Positions 31,008 through 40,918 of a stretch of 64,000 bases of DNA are shown in pieces. The notes below the pieces were generated by a model. It worked only from the letters and a program-made list of their open reading frames with translations, was not told where the DNA came from and made no database searches. The stretch lies in the NCBI GenBank assembly GCA_016779825.1, contig JADHMX010000001.1, forward strand, positions 143-64,142, read 5' to 3'. Made by a program: the position numbers and the translations under genes. How positions within the stretch are numbered: position 1 is the stretch's first letter; every line of letters begins with the position of its first letter. This DNA comes from Synechococcus sp. BS301-5m-G53 (GTDB lineage Bacteria > Cyanobacteriota > Cyanobacteriia > PCC-6307 > Cyanobiaceae).

Positions 31008-31772
31008 TCAATCTAGGTGGACTAGGCGTGTCCCCTGCCAGTGCACTGCATCGGCGCTGAAGCTGAAACAACACGGCAACACCTCCACGCCGCTTTGGGT
31101 GGCCTGGCGAAACAGCTGCCCGTAGCGCGGATCGGCGCTGTCGCCGGGAGCAAAGGCGTTCACATCCGGGCGGCTGAGGCAGGGCACCAGCACAGCCCGC
31201 GCGTCCGGAAGCACCCCCATCAGCTCAATCAGATGCTTTTGCCCCCGTTCGGTCACCGTGTCGGGGAAGAGGGCCGTGCTGCCGTCGGTCCAGGTGGTGT
31301 TCTTCACCTCCAGGTAGATCGGTCGTTGATCGGGGTTCTGCTCGGCCGGCGTCAGCAGGAGGTCGATCCTGCTGCGTTTGTTGGTGCCGTAGGCCACCTC
31401 AGCGCGGATCCCCGCAATCAGGCCGAGTTGCGCCTCCAAGCACCCGGCTTCGATCGTGGCGCGAATCAGACGGTTGGGGAGGGCCGTGTTGATGCCAACC
31501 CAGCAGGGCTGGCCATCGGCGCCGGGCACTTCGGCTTGCTCCCAGGTCCAGGCCAGCTTGCGTTTGGGGGAGGGTGCGTGGCGCAGACGCACCCGTTGGC
31601 CAGGAATCAAGACCCCGGTCATCGGGCCGGTGTTGGCGCAGTGGGCGGTGACGGTGTCGCCGTTGCTCAGCTCCACATCGGCCAGGAAGCGTTTGTAGCG
31701 CTTCAGCAGCACGCCCTCCGTTAGGGGTTCAAAGCGCAGAAGGGCATCGCCCGGAGAGGGAAGGCCAGTCAT
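31008..31772 (-). CDS. sfsA: DNA/RNA nuclease SfsA
   Basis: KRYKRFLADV, AHCANTGPM, SRIDLLL, YLEVKNTT, FPDTVTERGQKHL. Confidence 0.95.
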   Translation of the reverse strand: MTGLPSPGDALLRFEPLTEGVLLKRYKRFLADVELSNGDTVTAHCANTGPMTGVLIPGQRVRLRHAPSPKRKLAWTWEQAEVPGADGQPCWVGINTALPNRLIRATIEAGCLEAQLGLIAGIRAEVAYGTNKRSRIDLLLTPAEQNPDQRPIYLEVKNTTWTDGSTALFPDTVTERGQKHLIELMGVLPDARAVLVPCLSRPDVNAFAPGDSADPRYGQLFRQATQSGVEVLPCCFSFSADAVHWQGTRLVHLD

Positions 31773-31840
31773 GGCAGCAGCCGAGATTGGCCCATGGTCT
31801 CGTGTGGTGCCTCCACAATGCGCCCAATGCTGGGGGCCGA

Positions 31841-33448
31841 ATGGCGCGTTCACTGAAGGGGATCGCACTGGTGGTGACCCTCGGCACCCTGCTGAGCAAG
31901 CTGGGTGGCCTGATTCGGCAGCTGGTGATCGCGGCGGCCTTCGGGGTGGGCGCGGCCTATGACGCTTACAACTACGCCTACGTGCTGCCTGGATTTCTGC
32001 TGATCCTGCTGGGGGGGATCAATGGTCCCTTCCACAGCGCCATGGTGAGCGTGCTGAGCCGTCGCCCACGGGCCGAAGGAGCCCATATCCTTGCGGCGCT
32101 CAACACCAGCGTCAGTGCTCTGCTTCTGCTGGTCACCATCGTTCTGGTGCTGGCGGCGGATCCCCTGATCACCCTGGTGGGGCCGGGTCTGGCCCCCGAA
32201 CTCCACGCCATTGCAAGGGTCCAGCTGCAGGTGATGGCACCGATGGCCTTGCTGGCCGGGCTGATCGGGCTCGGCTTCGGGTCCCTCAACGCTGCTGACG
32301 AATTTTGGATTCCGGCGATTTCACCATTGATGTCCAGCGGGGCCTTGATCCTGGGTGTGGGACTGCTGTGGTGGCAGCTCGGCGCTGACATCGCCTTGCC
32401 GTCCGCCGCCATGACCGGGGGTGTGGTGTTGGCCTTGGCCACGTTGGTGGGTGCCTTGCTGCAGTGGTTGATCCAGCTGCCGGCGTTGATTCGGCAGGGC
32501 TTGGCTCGTTTTCAACTGGTCTGGGACTGGCGGCACCCAGGGGTGCGCGAGGTGTGGCGTGTGATGGGGCCGGCGACGTTGTCGTCCGGGATGCTGCAGA
32601 TCAATGTGTTCACTGATCTGTTCTTCGCCTCCGGCATCGTTGGTGCGGCTGCGGGTCTGGGGTACGCCAATTTGCTGGTGCAAACCCCCCTGGGCCTGAT
32701 CTCGAATGCACTGTTGGTGCCCTTGCTGCCCACTTTCGCCAGGCTCACGGCTCCGGCGGATCGTCCGCAGCTGATCGCACGGATCCGCCAGGGGTTGATG
32801 CTGTCTGCCGCATCGATGATTCCTCTGGGAGGGCTGTTCATTGCTTTGGGTGGCCCCATCGTCGCTCTCGTGTATGAGCGTGGTGCCTTCGATGCATCAG
32901 CTGCGCAGCTGGTGACGGGCCTGTTGATGGCCTACGGCCTGGGTATGCCGGCTTACCTCGGCCGGGATGTGCTGGTGCGCGTCTTTTATGCCCTTGGAGA
33001 TGGGACAACGCCGTTTCGGTTCTCGCTGGCGGGGATTGGTCTGAACGTGATTTTTGATTGGCTGCTGGTGGGTGGTCCGACCCCCTGGGGACATCAGTTG
33101 CCCTTCAATTTCGGTGCGCCCGGGTTGGTGCTCGCCACGGTTGCCATCAATCTGCTCACCTGCCTCGCCCTGCTGGTGGGTCTGCAGCAACGGATTTCAG
33201 GCCTTCCCCTGCGGCGCTGGGGCCTGGATCTGCTGCGGCTGGCCATCGCTGGTGTGTTGGCCGCCGGGGCTGCCGGGATGCTGTTGGCCGTTGTGACCTG
33301 GCCCTCAGGGCTTATGGGCCTGCTGCTGCAAGTCTCTGCCCCTGGCTTGCTGGGTCTCGTTCTGTTCGCCCTGATCGGCGCACAACTCAAGGTGCCGGAG
33401 GTGCGTGAGATCACGCAGTTGGCGATAGGCCGATTCAGGGCTCGCTGA
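31841..33448 (+). CDS. murJ: Lipid II flippase MurJ (MviN)
   Basis: LLSKLGGLIRQLVIAAAFGVG, GGINGPFHSA, QINVFTDLFFAS, YERGAFD, RVFYALGD. ATG at 31841. Confidence 0.96.
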   Translation: MARSLKGIALVVTLGTLLSKLGGLIRQLVIAAAFGVGAAYDAYNYAYVLPGFLLILLGGINGPFHSAMVSVLSRRPRAEGAHILAALNTSVSALLLLVTIVLVLAADPLITLVGPGLAPELHAIARVQLQVMAPMALLAGLIGLGFGSLNAADEFWIPAISPLMSSGALILGVGLLWWQLGADIALPSAAMTGGVVLALATLVGALLQWLIQLPALIRQGLARFQLVWDWRHPGVREVWRVMGPATLSSGMLQINVFTDLFFASGIVGAAAGLGYANLLVQTPLGLISNALLVPLLPTFARLTAPADRPQLIARIRQGLMLSAASMIPLGGLFIALGGPIVALVYERGAFDASAAQLVTGLLMAYGLGMPAYLGRDVLVRVFYALGDGTTPFRFSLAGIGLNVIFDWLLVGGPTPWGHQLPFNFGAPGLVLATVAINLLTCLALLVGLQQRISGLPLRRWGLDLLRLAIAGVLAAGAAGMLLAVVTWPSGLMGLLLQVSAPGLLGLVLFALIGAQLKVPEVREITQLAIGRFRAR

Positions 33449-33698
33449 GGCGAACATCCAGTTCTTCACGCACCTGAATGGGAAGTTCCAGCTGTTCGCG
33501 ACCCACGAGTTGGGGACCTTGAACAGACACGATCCTTGCCTCGATGCCGAACTCCTTGAAGGCGGTTTCCAGTTCCTGAATCAGCGCTTTTTCAACCTGA
33601 GCCTCCGCATCCACCACCCGGCCGATCAGCCGTTCACCCAGGCGGCCGATGCGTTGCCGGACCAAATCTCTGGAGTTGGTGACTTCAATGATCAGCAC
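33435..33698 (-). CDS. Conserved picocyanobacterial hypothetical protein
   Basis: Plausible globular 87-aa ORF co-oriented with the DUF3181 gene. Confidence 0.65.
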   Translation of the reverse strand: MLIIEVTNSRDLVRQRIGRLGERLIGRVVDAEAQVEKALIQELETAFKEFGIEARIVSVQGPQLVGREQLELPIQVREELDVRLSEP

Positions 33699-33725
33699 AC
33701 CAACCGCGGCGGATGGACTGCAACC

Positions 33726-34016
33726 TTATCCGCAGTACGGCTCGAGAATCTCTTCGAGATCACGCAGCTGGGCGGGGGGGATCAGCTTGGAGAGGGGGAG
33801 CTGACTCGCTCCTCCCGCCAGTGGCACCTTGACGGCATCGAGGGCCTGCCGGGCCGCCACTTCAGCCCCTTGATTGACGCGGGCACTGCATTCGATGGCC
33901 AGGGCCGAGGCCAGGTCGGCATCGCCGAGGTAGAGATGCCAGCCGCTGATTTGAACGTAGAGGCGGTCAGCCAAAGCACTCTGGAGGTCCTGCAGGTCGC
34001 TGGCGGAGAGGGACAT
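33726..34016 (-). CDS. DUF3181 family protein
   Basis: LADRLYVQISGWHLYLGDA...V.LAGG...LPL..LIP. ATG at 34016. Confidence 0.8.
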   Translation of the reverse strand: MSLSASDLQDLQSALADRLYVQISGWHLYLGDADLASALAIECSARVNQGAEVAARQALDAVKVPLAGGASQLPLSKLIPPAQLRDLEEILEPYCG

Positions 34017-34057
34017 CAGACCAGGAAGATCGACGGGGCATGGCTTCCATGCTGGCT

Positions 34058-34303
34058 TCAATCCGCCGGCTTGGGTCGCTGAAGAATCACCCAAATCAAC
34101 TGGCCCAGCCACAGGGTTGCCCAGAGGCCTGTGACCCAGGTCAGGCTTCCTGCAGGAAAGGGGTGGCGCATTTCCTGCAGGAACCAGCCACCGCTGTTCA
34201 CCGCAGCGAAGACGCCGCCGTGGAGGCACAGGTTCACGATGCGCTCGAAATGCCGGTAGGTCGGATCCTCAGGGTTAGCGGGGCCATACCAGCGGATCGG
34301 CAT
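34058..34303 (-). CDS. Conserved cyanobacterial two-TM protein
   Basis: MPIRWYGPANPEDPTYRHFERIVNLCLH..VFAAVNSG.WF. Confidence 0.75.
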   Translation of the reverse strand: MPIRWYGPANPEDPTYRHFERIVNLCLHGGVFAAVNSGGWFLQEMRHPFPAGSLTWVTGLWATLWLGQLIWVILQRPKPAD

Positions 34304-34391
34304 TGCTCGGGCTCAGAAACACCTGAATCCTGACGCGCCCCGCACCCAGTTGACGAGCGGACCCTCGATGGGGTCTGATGGTTTGGCGCAA

Positions 34392-34465
34392 GCGCTTGTA
34401 GCTCAGCGGATTAGAGCATCTGACTACGGATCAGAGGGTCGGGAGTTCGAATCTCTCCAGGCGCG
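34392..34465 (+). tRNA. tRNA-Arg (anticodon ACG)
   Basis: Acceptor GCGCTTG/CAGGCGC, D-arm GCTC/GAGC, anticodon arm TCTGA-CT ACG GA-TCAGA, T-arm GGGAG-TTCGAAT-CTCTC. CCA not encoded. Confidence 0.97.
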
Positions 34466-34469
34466 TTTT

Positions 34470-34497
34470 AACTGCCCCCCATGGGCAGTTTTTTTTT
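34470..34497 (+). terminator. Rho-independent terminator after tRNA-Arg
   Basis: AACTGCCC-ccat-GGGCAGTT hairpin running into a T tract. Confidence 0.85.
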
Positions 34498-34560
34498 GGT
34501 TGATCGCCCGGCCTGATCGCTGCGGTTTCTTACGATTGGTCAAAGCTTTACTGACATTTC

Positions 34561-35850
34561 ATGGGCCAGGCTTCTGGACGCGCCATTGACGCTGATCTGG
34601 CTCAGTCGGATCCGGATATCGCAGCATTCATCAACCAGGAACGGCAGCGTCAGGAAACCCATCTGGAACTGATCGCATCGGAGAACTTTGCCTCCCGTGC
34701 GGTGATGCAGGCCCAGGGTTCCGTGCTCACCAACAAGTACGCCGAGGGTCTGCCCAGCAAGCGCTATTACGGCGGTTGTGAGCACGTTGACGCCATTGAG
34801 GAGCTGGCCATCGAGCGGGCTAAGCAGTTGTTTGGTGCTGCCTGGGCCAATGTGCAGCCCCACAGCGGTGCCCAGGCCAACTTCGCCGTTTTCCTGGCCC
34901 TGCTGCAGCCCGGCGACACGATCATGGGGCTCGATCTGTCCCATGGCGGTCATCTGACCCATGGTTCCCCGGTCAATGTCAGTGGCAAGTGGTTCAACGT
35001 CGTCCAGTACGGCGTTGACAAGGAGTCCCAACGCCTCGATATGGAGGCGATCCGCCAGCTTGCGTTGGAGCACAAGCCGAAGCTGATTGTTTGTGGCTAT
35101 TCCGCGTATCCACGCACCATCGACTTCGCAGCCTTCCGCGCCATCGCTGATGAAGTGGGTGCCTATCTTCTGGCCGACATGGCCCACATTGCCGGCCTGG
35201 TGGCCGCTGGTGTGCATCCCAGCCCAGTGCCCCATTGCGATGTGGTGACCACCACCACCCACAAGACTCTGCGCGGCCCCCGCGGTGGCCTGATTCTTTG
35301 CCGCGATGCTGAGTTCGCCAAGAAATTCGACAAGGCTGTTTTTCCTGGTAGTCAGGGTGGCCCCCTTGAGCACGTGATCGCTGCCAAAGCTGTGGCCTTC
35401 GGTGAAGCGCTGCAACCTTCGTTCAAGGCCTACAGCCAGCAGGTAGTGGCCAATGCGGCCGCCCTCGCTGAACAATTGATCGCCCGTGGCATCGATGTCG
35501 TCAGTGGCGGCACCGACAACCATGTGGTGCTGCTGGATCTGAGGGGGATCGGCATGACCGGAAAAGTGGCTGATCTGCTGGTGAGTGATGTGCACATCAC
35601 GGCCAACAAGAACACCGTTCCCTTTGATCCCGAATCGCCCTTCGTCACCAGCGGCTTGCGGCTGGGCACCGCTGCGCTCACCACCCGTGGTTTCGATGCT
35701 CAGGCCTTCCGGGAGGTCGCTGATGTGATCGCCGACCGTTTGCTCAATCCCGAGGACGACGCAGTGCGCCAGCGTTGCCTCGACCGGGTGGCCGCACTTT
35801 GTGATCGCTTCCCGCTGTACGCCGACAGCAAGCAGCCGGTTCTGGCTTGA
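34561..35850 (+). CDS. glyA: Serine hydroxymethyltransferase
   Basis: [34 protein letters not shown]. Confidence 0.98.
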   Translation: MGQASGRAIDADLAQSDPDIAAFINQERQRQETHLELIASENFASRAVMQAQGSVLTNKYAEGLPSKRYYGGCEHVDAIEELAIERAKQLFGAAWANVQPHSGAQANFAVFLALLQPGDTIMGLDLSHGGHLTHGSPVNVSGKWFNVVQYGVDKESQRLDMEAIRQLALEHKPKLIVCGYSAYPRTIDFAAFRAIADEVGAYLLADMAHIAGLVAAGVHPSPVPHCDVVTTTTHKTLRGPRGGLILCRDAEFAKKFDKAVFPGSQGGPLEHVIAAKAVAFGEALQPSFKAYSQQVVANAAALAEQLIARGIDVVSGGTDNHVVLLDLRGIGMTGKVADLLVSDVHITANKNTVPFDPESPFVTSGLRLGTAALTTRGFDAQAFREVADVIADRLLNPEDDAVRQRCLDRVAALCDRFPLYADSKQPVLA

Positions 35851-35965
35851 GCCATGGCGCTTGTGCTCGAACAGGCATGGGCGATCTCTGGTGGGCGGGT
35901 TGCAGGCTCTCTAGGATTGGACGAACACCTTTAGACAGGGGCATCGTCTCTTTTCTGGAGCCTTC

Positions 35966-37108
35966 GTGAATCTCTTGGCCAGCCCTATTGCGGTCGCCTC
36001 GGTCAGTTTTCTTCTGGCCGCGGTGACCACCACGGTGCTGGTGCCCCAGGTGCGTCGGCTGGGTTTGCGCTTCGGGTGGACTGATCAGCCGGACGAGCGC
36101 AAACAGCACATCACCCCGATGGTGAGGCTCGGGGGCATTGCCATGGTGCTGGGGTTTGGTCTGGCCCTGGCGGCGGTCTGGTCGATGGGCGGCTTCGGTC
36201 TGTTGGCCTCTGCTCGGGATCAATTGATCTGGAGCACCCTTGCGGGTTCGCTCTGTTTTTTCCTGATCGGCCTGGCCGACGACCTCTTCGCTCTCTCCCC
36301 TTGGCCGCGGCTGGCCGGACAGGTCGCCGTGGCTTGTGCGGTATGGAGCCAGGGCGTTCGGATTGGAGCGATCGATCTCCCCTGGCTCACCGCTTCGGCA
36401 GGTCCGATTGCCTTGCCGGACAGCCTCAGCCTCCTGGCCACCGTTGTTTGGCTGGTGGGAATCACCAACGCCATTAATTGGTTGGATGGCCTTGATGGCC
36501 TCGCTGCCGGTGTGGCTGGCATTGCCGCTGTCGGGCTGGTGTCCGTCAGCTTTTCGCTCCATCAGGTGGCCGCTGGATTCCTCGCCGCAGCTCTGGCGGG
36601 TTGCTGCCTCGGTTTCCTGCGGCACAACTTCAATCCAGCCCGCATCTTTATGGGCGATGGGGGGTCCTATTTCCTGGGATTCACCCTTGCTGCTGTGAGC
36701 ATCGTTGGACCCGCCAAGGGGCTTACCACCGTGAGCCTGCTGCTGCCGCTGCTGATTCTCTCGCTGCCGCTGGCCGACATGTCGGCCGTGATCATGGGCC
36801 GTCTGCGGGAAGGTCGCTCCCCCTTCTATCCCGACCGCCGTCACCTCCATCACCGACTGTTGCGCGCTGGGTTTAGTCATCGCCGCACGGTGCTGTTGAT
36901 CTACGTCTTCACCCAGTGGCTCGCCGCTTTAGCCCTCGTGGTGGCCAATGCTGAGATGCGCTTTCTCTGGCTGGCTTTGGCCACGGCCATCCTGGTGGCC
37001 ACGGTGGTGATCAGCCGTCGCCAGCTACAACACGAACGGGCCCTGTTGAACACAAACCCTTCTTCCACCCCTGTGGATCCCGCTGCCCTTGGGGAGCCGC
37101 GTGGCTAA
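35966..37108 (+). CDS. MraY-like/WecA glycosyltransferase family 4 (undecaprenyl-P GlcNAc-1-P transferase)
   Basis: [41 protein letters not shown]. Confidence 0.93.
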   Translation: MNLLASPIAVASVSFLLAAVTTTVLVPQVRRLGLRFGWTDQPDERKQHITPMVRLGGIAMVLGFGLALAAVWSMGGFGLLASARDQLIWSTLAGSLCFFLIGLADDLFALSPWPRLAGQVAVACAVWSQGVRIGAIDLPWLTASAGPIALPDSLSLLATVVWLVGITNAINWLDGLDGLAAGVAGIAAVGLVSVSFSLHQVAAGFLAAALAGCCLGFLRHNFNPARIFMGDGGSYFLGFTLAAVSIVGPAKGLTTVSLLLPLLILSLPLADMSAVIMGRLREGRSPFYPDRRHLHHRLLRAGFSHRRTVLLIYVFTQWLAALALVVANAEMRFLWLALATAILVATVVISRRQLQHERALLNTNPSSTPVDPAALGEPRG

Positions 37109-38360
37109 ATCGGGCGTTGAAATCCTGTGCGTGGGCACGGAGCTGCTGTTGGGGGACATCCTCAACGGCAATGCCCGATGGATCGCTGAACAGTTGGCGG
37201 GCCTGGGGCTGCCGCATTACCGCCAAACCGTTGTCGGCGACAACAAAGACCGCTTGATCTCCGCTGTGCGCGAGGCATCCCAGCGTTGCAGGGTTCTTGT
37301 GACGACAGGCGGTTTGGGCCCTACACCCGATGACCTCACCACAGAGGCCCTGGCCGCTGCTTTCGAGACTCCCCTGGAGGAGCGACCCGAGCTCTGGCTT
37401 GAGATCCAACAGAAGTTGTCGGCGGGAGGCCGGCCGGTCGCTCCCAGCAACCGCAGCCAGGCCTTTCTTCCCAATGGGGCTGAGGTTCTCCCCAATCCAA
37501 AGGGGTCGGCGCCCGGGATGATCTGGTCACCCCGGCCGGATTTCACGATCCTCACCTTCCCTGGGGTGCCTTCGGAGATGCGGGCGATGTGGACGGAGAC
37601 GGCCGTCCCCTGGCTCCAAGCCCATGGTGGGGCCTCCGGAGTTTTTGTAAGCCGTCAGCTCCGCTTCAGTGGCATCGGTGAATCTGATCTGGCTGAGCGC
37701 GTTGCTGATTTGTTGGCGTCCACCAACCCAACGGTGGCTCCCTATGCCTCCCTCGGCGATGTGAAATTGCGGCTCACGGCCTGTGCAGCGAGTGGCGACG
37801 ACGCAGCTCAGCTGTTGATGCCGCTGGAAGCTGAGCTGCGTCGTCGCACGGGGGACCACTGCTACGGCGTCGATGAGGACAGTCTGGCGTCGGTGGTGAT
37901 TGGTCTGCTCCAGCAACAGCACCAGACGATGGCGGTGGCGGAGTCCTGCACCGGTGGCGGGTTGGCGGCAGCCCTTACGGCTGTTCCAGGCTCCTCGTCG
38001 GTGTTTCAGGGTGGCGTCGTCGCCTACAGCAATGCAGTGAAACAGGGCCTGCTGGGGGTCTCTCCGGATCTGCTTGAGGCCCATGGTGCTGTTTCTCAGC
38101 CTGTGGTGGAAGCGATGGCCCGGGGAGTTCGGGAACGCCTGGATTGCGACTGGGCGATCGCGGTGAGTGGCATTGCCGGTCCCGGAGGTGGAAGTGCCGA
38201 GAAGCCGGTGGGCTTGGTGCACCTTGCCTTGGCTGGTCCCGATGGCTGTGACGCCTGGGTGCAGCATTTCGGTGAGCGGCGGGGTCGGGAGGCCATTCAG
38301 AGGATGAGCGTGATCCGTGGCTTGGACCGTCTGCGTCTTCGCTTGCTCGCTCAGGCTTAG
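37101..38360 (+). CDS. cinA: Competence/damage-inducible protein CinA (NMN deamidase domain)
   Basis: [40 protein letters not shown]. Confidence 0.95.
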   Translation: MAKSGVEILCVGTELLLGDILNGNARWIAEQLAGLGLPHYRQTVVGDNKDRLISAVREASQRCRVLVTTGGLGPTPDDLTTEALAAAFETPLEERPELWLEIQQKLSAGGRPVAPSNRSQAFLPNGAEVLPNPKGSAPGMIWSPRPDFTILTFPGVPSEMRAMWTETAVPWLQAHGGASGVFVSRQLRFSGIGESDLAERVADLLASTNPTVAPYASLGDVKLRLTACAASGDDAAQLLMPLEAELRRRTGDHCYGVDEDSLASVVIGLLQQQHQTMAVAESCTGGGLAAALTAVPGSSSVFQGGVVAYSNAVKQGLLGVSPDLLEAHGAVSQPVVEAMARGVRERLDCDWAIAVSGIAGPGGGSAEKPVGLVHLALAGPDGCDAWVQHFGERRGREAIQRMSVIRGLDRLRLRLLAQA

Positions 38361-38386
38361 GGTCGACGGTTCTTGCGGCTGAACTG

Positions 38387-39805
38387 TTGAGTTCCGGCAC
38401 CCTCTACGACAAGGTGTGGGATCTGCATCGGGTGGCGGAGCTTCCCGGCGGATCCACCCAACTGTTTGTCGGTCTGCATCTGATCCATGAGGTCACTAGT
38501 CCTCAGGCCTTCTCGGCGCTGAAGGACAAGGGCCTGACGGTGCGCTGTCCTGAGCGCACGGTGGCCACGGTGGACCACATCGTGCCAACCACCTCCCAGC
38601 AACGTCCTTTCGCTGATCCGTTGGCGGAGGAGATGCTCAGCACCTTGGAGCGGAACTGCCAGGAGTACGGCATTCCTCTCAACAACATCGGCAGCGGCCG
38701 GCAGGGCATCGTTCACGTGATTGCTCCGGAACTCGGCCTGACCCAACCGGGCATGACGGTGGCTTGCGGTGATTCTCATACCTCCACCCATGGCGCCTTC
38801 GGGGCGATCGCCTTTGGCATCGGCACGAGTCAGGTGCGCGACGTGCTCGCCAGCCAGAGCCTGGCCATGAACAAGCTCAAGGTGCGCCGGATTCAGGTGA
38901 ATGGTCACCTGCCGGAGGGGGTGTCTGCCAAGGATCTGATTTTGCATGTGATTCGCCACCTTGGTGTGAAAGGTGGTGTCGGCTACGCCTATGAGTTCGC
39001 CGGGCCTGCCATCGAGGGGTTGTCGATGGAAGAGCGGATGACCCTCTGCAACATGGCGATCGAGGGGGGAGCTCGATGCGGCTACGTCAATCCTGATCAG
39101 GTCACCTTTGACTATCTGAAAGGTCGTCCCCATGCCCCCGAGGGTGACGCCTGGACCCGCGCTGTCGCCTGGTGGAGCTCCCTGGCCACCGACCCCGATT
39201 CAACGGTCGACGATGAGGTGGTGTTTGATGCCGCTGCGATTCCCCCCACCGTGACCTGGGGCATCACTCCCGGCCAGGGACTGGGGATCGATGAAACGGT
39301 CCCCAGTCTCGATCAGCTGGATCCAGACGAGCGTCCGATTGCGGAGGAGGCTTACCGCTACATGGATTTGCAGCCAGGTACGGCGATTGCAGGGGTTCCT
39401 GTGGATGTCTGTTTCATCGGCAGTTGCACCAATGGTCGTCTGAGTGATCTGCGTGCTGCTGCCGATGTGGCCCGTGGGCGCCAGGTGGCTCAAGGCATTA
39501 AGGCGTTTGTGGTTCCTGGCTCGGAACAGGTGGCGAAGGCTGCTGAAGCGGAAGGGTTGGATGCGGTGTTCCGTGCCGCGGGCTTCGAGTGGCGGGAGCC
39601 CGGCTGTTCGATGTGTCTGGCGATGAATCCGGATCGGCTTGAGGGACGTCAGATCAGCGCCAGCTCCAGCAATCGCAATTTCAAGGGTCGGCAGGGATCG
39701 GCCAGTGGCCGCACGTTGTTAATGAGTCCCGCGATGGTGGCCGCCGCTGCTGTTAACGGTCGTGTGACCGATGTCCGTACTTTGATTTCTCCGTCCGCAT
39801 CGTGA
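38387..39805 (+). CDS. leuC: 3-isopropylmalate dehydratase large subunit
   Basis: [49 protein letters not shown]. Confidence 0.98.
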   Translation: MSSGTLYDKVWDLHRVAELPGGSTQLFVGLHLIHEVTSPQAFSALKDKGLTVRCPERTVATVDHIVPTTSQQRPFADPLAEEMLSTLERNCQEYGIPLNNIGSGRQGIVHVIAPELGLTQPGMTVACGDSHTSTHGAFGAIAFGIGTSQVRDVLASQSLAMNKLKVRRIQVNGHLPEGVSAKDLILHVIRHLGVKGGVGYAYEFAGPAIEGLSMEERMTLCNMAIEGGARCGYVNPDQVTFDYLKGRPHAPEGDAWTRAVAWWSSLATDPDSTVDDEVVFDAAAIPPTVTWGITPGQGLGIDETVPSLDQLDPDERPIAEEAYRYMDLQPGTAIAGVPVDVCFIGSCTNGRLSDLRAAADVARGRQVAQGIKAFVVPGSEQVAKAAEAEGLDAVFRAAGFEWREPGCSMCLAMNPDRLEGRQISASSSNRNFKGRQGSASGRTLLMSPAMVAAAAVNGRVTDVRTLISPSAS

Positions 39806-40419
39806 TGGCTCTTTTCCCGACTGGTCCGATTCAGCAGGTGAGCGGAACGGCCATTGCCGTTCCCGGTGAAGACATCGATACGGATCGGATCATTCCGGCA
39901 CGGTTTCTCAAATGTGTCAGTTTTGATGCGCTGGGTGACCAGGTGTTTGCCGACGACCGTCTCGAACTCTCCGGCGAGCATCCCTTTGATCAAGCCCGCT
40001 ATCAGGGCGCCTCGATCCTGGTGGTGAATGGCAATTTCGGTTGCGGTTCCAGCCGTGAGCATGCCCCTCAGGCGTTGATGCGCTGGGGAATCCGCGCGGT
40101 GGTTGGGGTGAGTTTTGCCGAGATCTTCTATGGCAACTGCCTCGCCCTGGGCATTCCCTGTGCATCGGCGGCGCCGGATCAGATCAAGGCGATTCAGGCG
40201 CTGGTGGATCGCGAACCGGGTCGCTCTTGGCAGCTGGATCTCACCGGTTTGCAATTGACCTCAGCGGAGTCCAGCTGGCCGATATCGATCGATGCCGGTC
40301 CTTTGGACATGCTGCGCAGCGGTCGCTGGGATGCCACGTCTCAGCTCCTGGACCATGGCCCTCAGGTTGCGGCGTTGATGCAAACACTGCCCTATATCAA
40401 CCAATTCGCCGCCAAGTGA
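39802..40419 (+). CDS. leuD: 3-isopropylmalate dehydratase small subunit
   Basis: [36 protein letters not shown]. Confidence 0.97.
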   Translation: MMALFPTGPIQQVSGTAIAVPGEDIDTDRIIPARFLKCVSFDALGDQVFADDRLELSGEHPFDQARYQGASILVVNGNFGCGSSREHAPQALMRWGIRAVVGVSFAEIFYGNCLALGIPCASAAPDQIKAIQALVDREPGRSWQLDLTGLQLTSAESSWPISIDAGPLDMLRSGRWDATSQLLDHGPQVAALMQTLPYINQFAAK

Positions 40420-40483
40420 CAGCCAAGCGCGACTCCTGTGTCTATGAAAGAGATAGGAGGTTGCGTTAGGAGGTTGCGTCGCC

Positions 40484-40918
40484 ATGGCCTATTCGCTTTC
40501 GCGGTTGTTGTTGCCGCTGTTGGTGGTTGCCGGTGTGGCTCCTGTTGGTGCCGTTCCGCTTCAGGTTCAGCCCCATGATCCATTTGATCGCAGCTGTGCT
40601 CGGTGTGATCTGCGCAATGCGGATCTCCGTCAGGCCCACCTGATCGGTGCTGATTTTCGAGGCAGTGATCTGCGCGGCGCCGATCTCAGGGAGGCGAATC
40701 TTGAAGGTGCTGATCTGACGGGAGCGTTGCTGGAAGGTGCTGACCTGCGGGGAGCGAACCTCACCAATGCGGAGCTGGCCGGCGTGGACCTGCGCAATGC
40801 CGATCTACGGGACGCCCAGGTGATCAATGCCTATGCACCGAACGTGCGAACCTCCGGCATGCGCTACGCCGGAGCTTCACTGTTCGGCAGCGATCTGATC
40901 ATTGGGGGCGGTGAGTGA
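40484..40918 (+). CDS. Pentapeptide repeat protein (signal peptide, CxxC before repeats)
   Basis: Tandem A(D/N)LXX repeats preceded by CARCDL. Confidence 0.93.
   Translation: MAYSLSRLLLPLLVVAGVAPVGAVPLQVQPHDPFDRSCARCDLRNADLRQAHLIGADFRGSDLRGADLREANLEGADLTGALLEGADLRGANLTNAELAGVDLRNADLRDAQVINAYAPNVRTSGMRYAGASLFGSDLIIGGGE

Noticed and set aside
34392-34560. tRNA-Arg as a possible island integration site
   Set aside because: Followed directly by a terminator and glyA; I saw no integrase or duplicated tRNA 3' end in the window.
40600-40830. 15-bp periodic repeats that could suggest a CRISPR or tandem array
   Set aside because: They are the coding pattern of a pentapeptide repeat protein, with no spacers and no cas genes.
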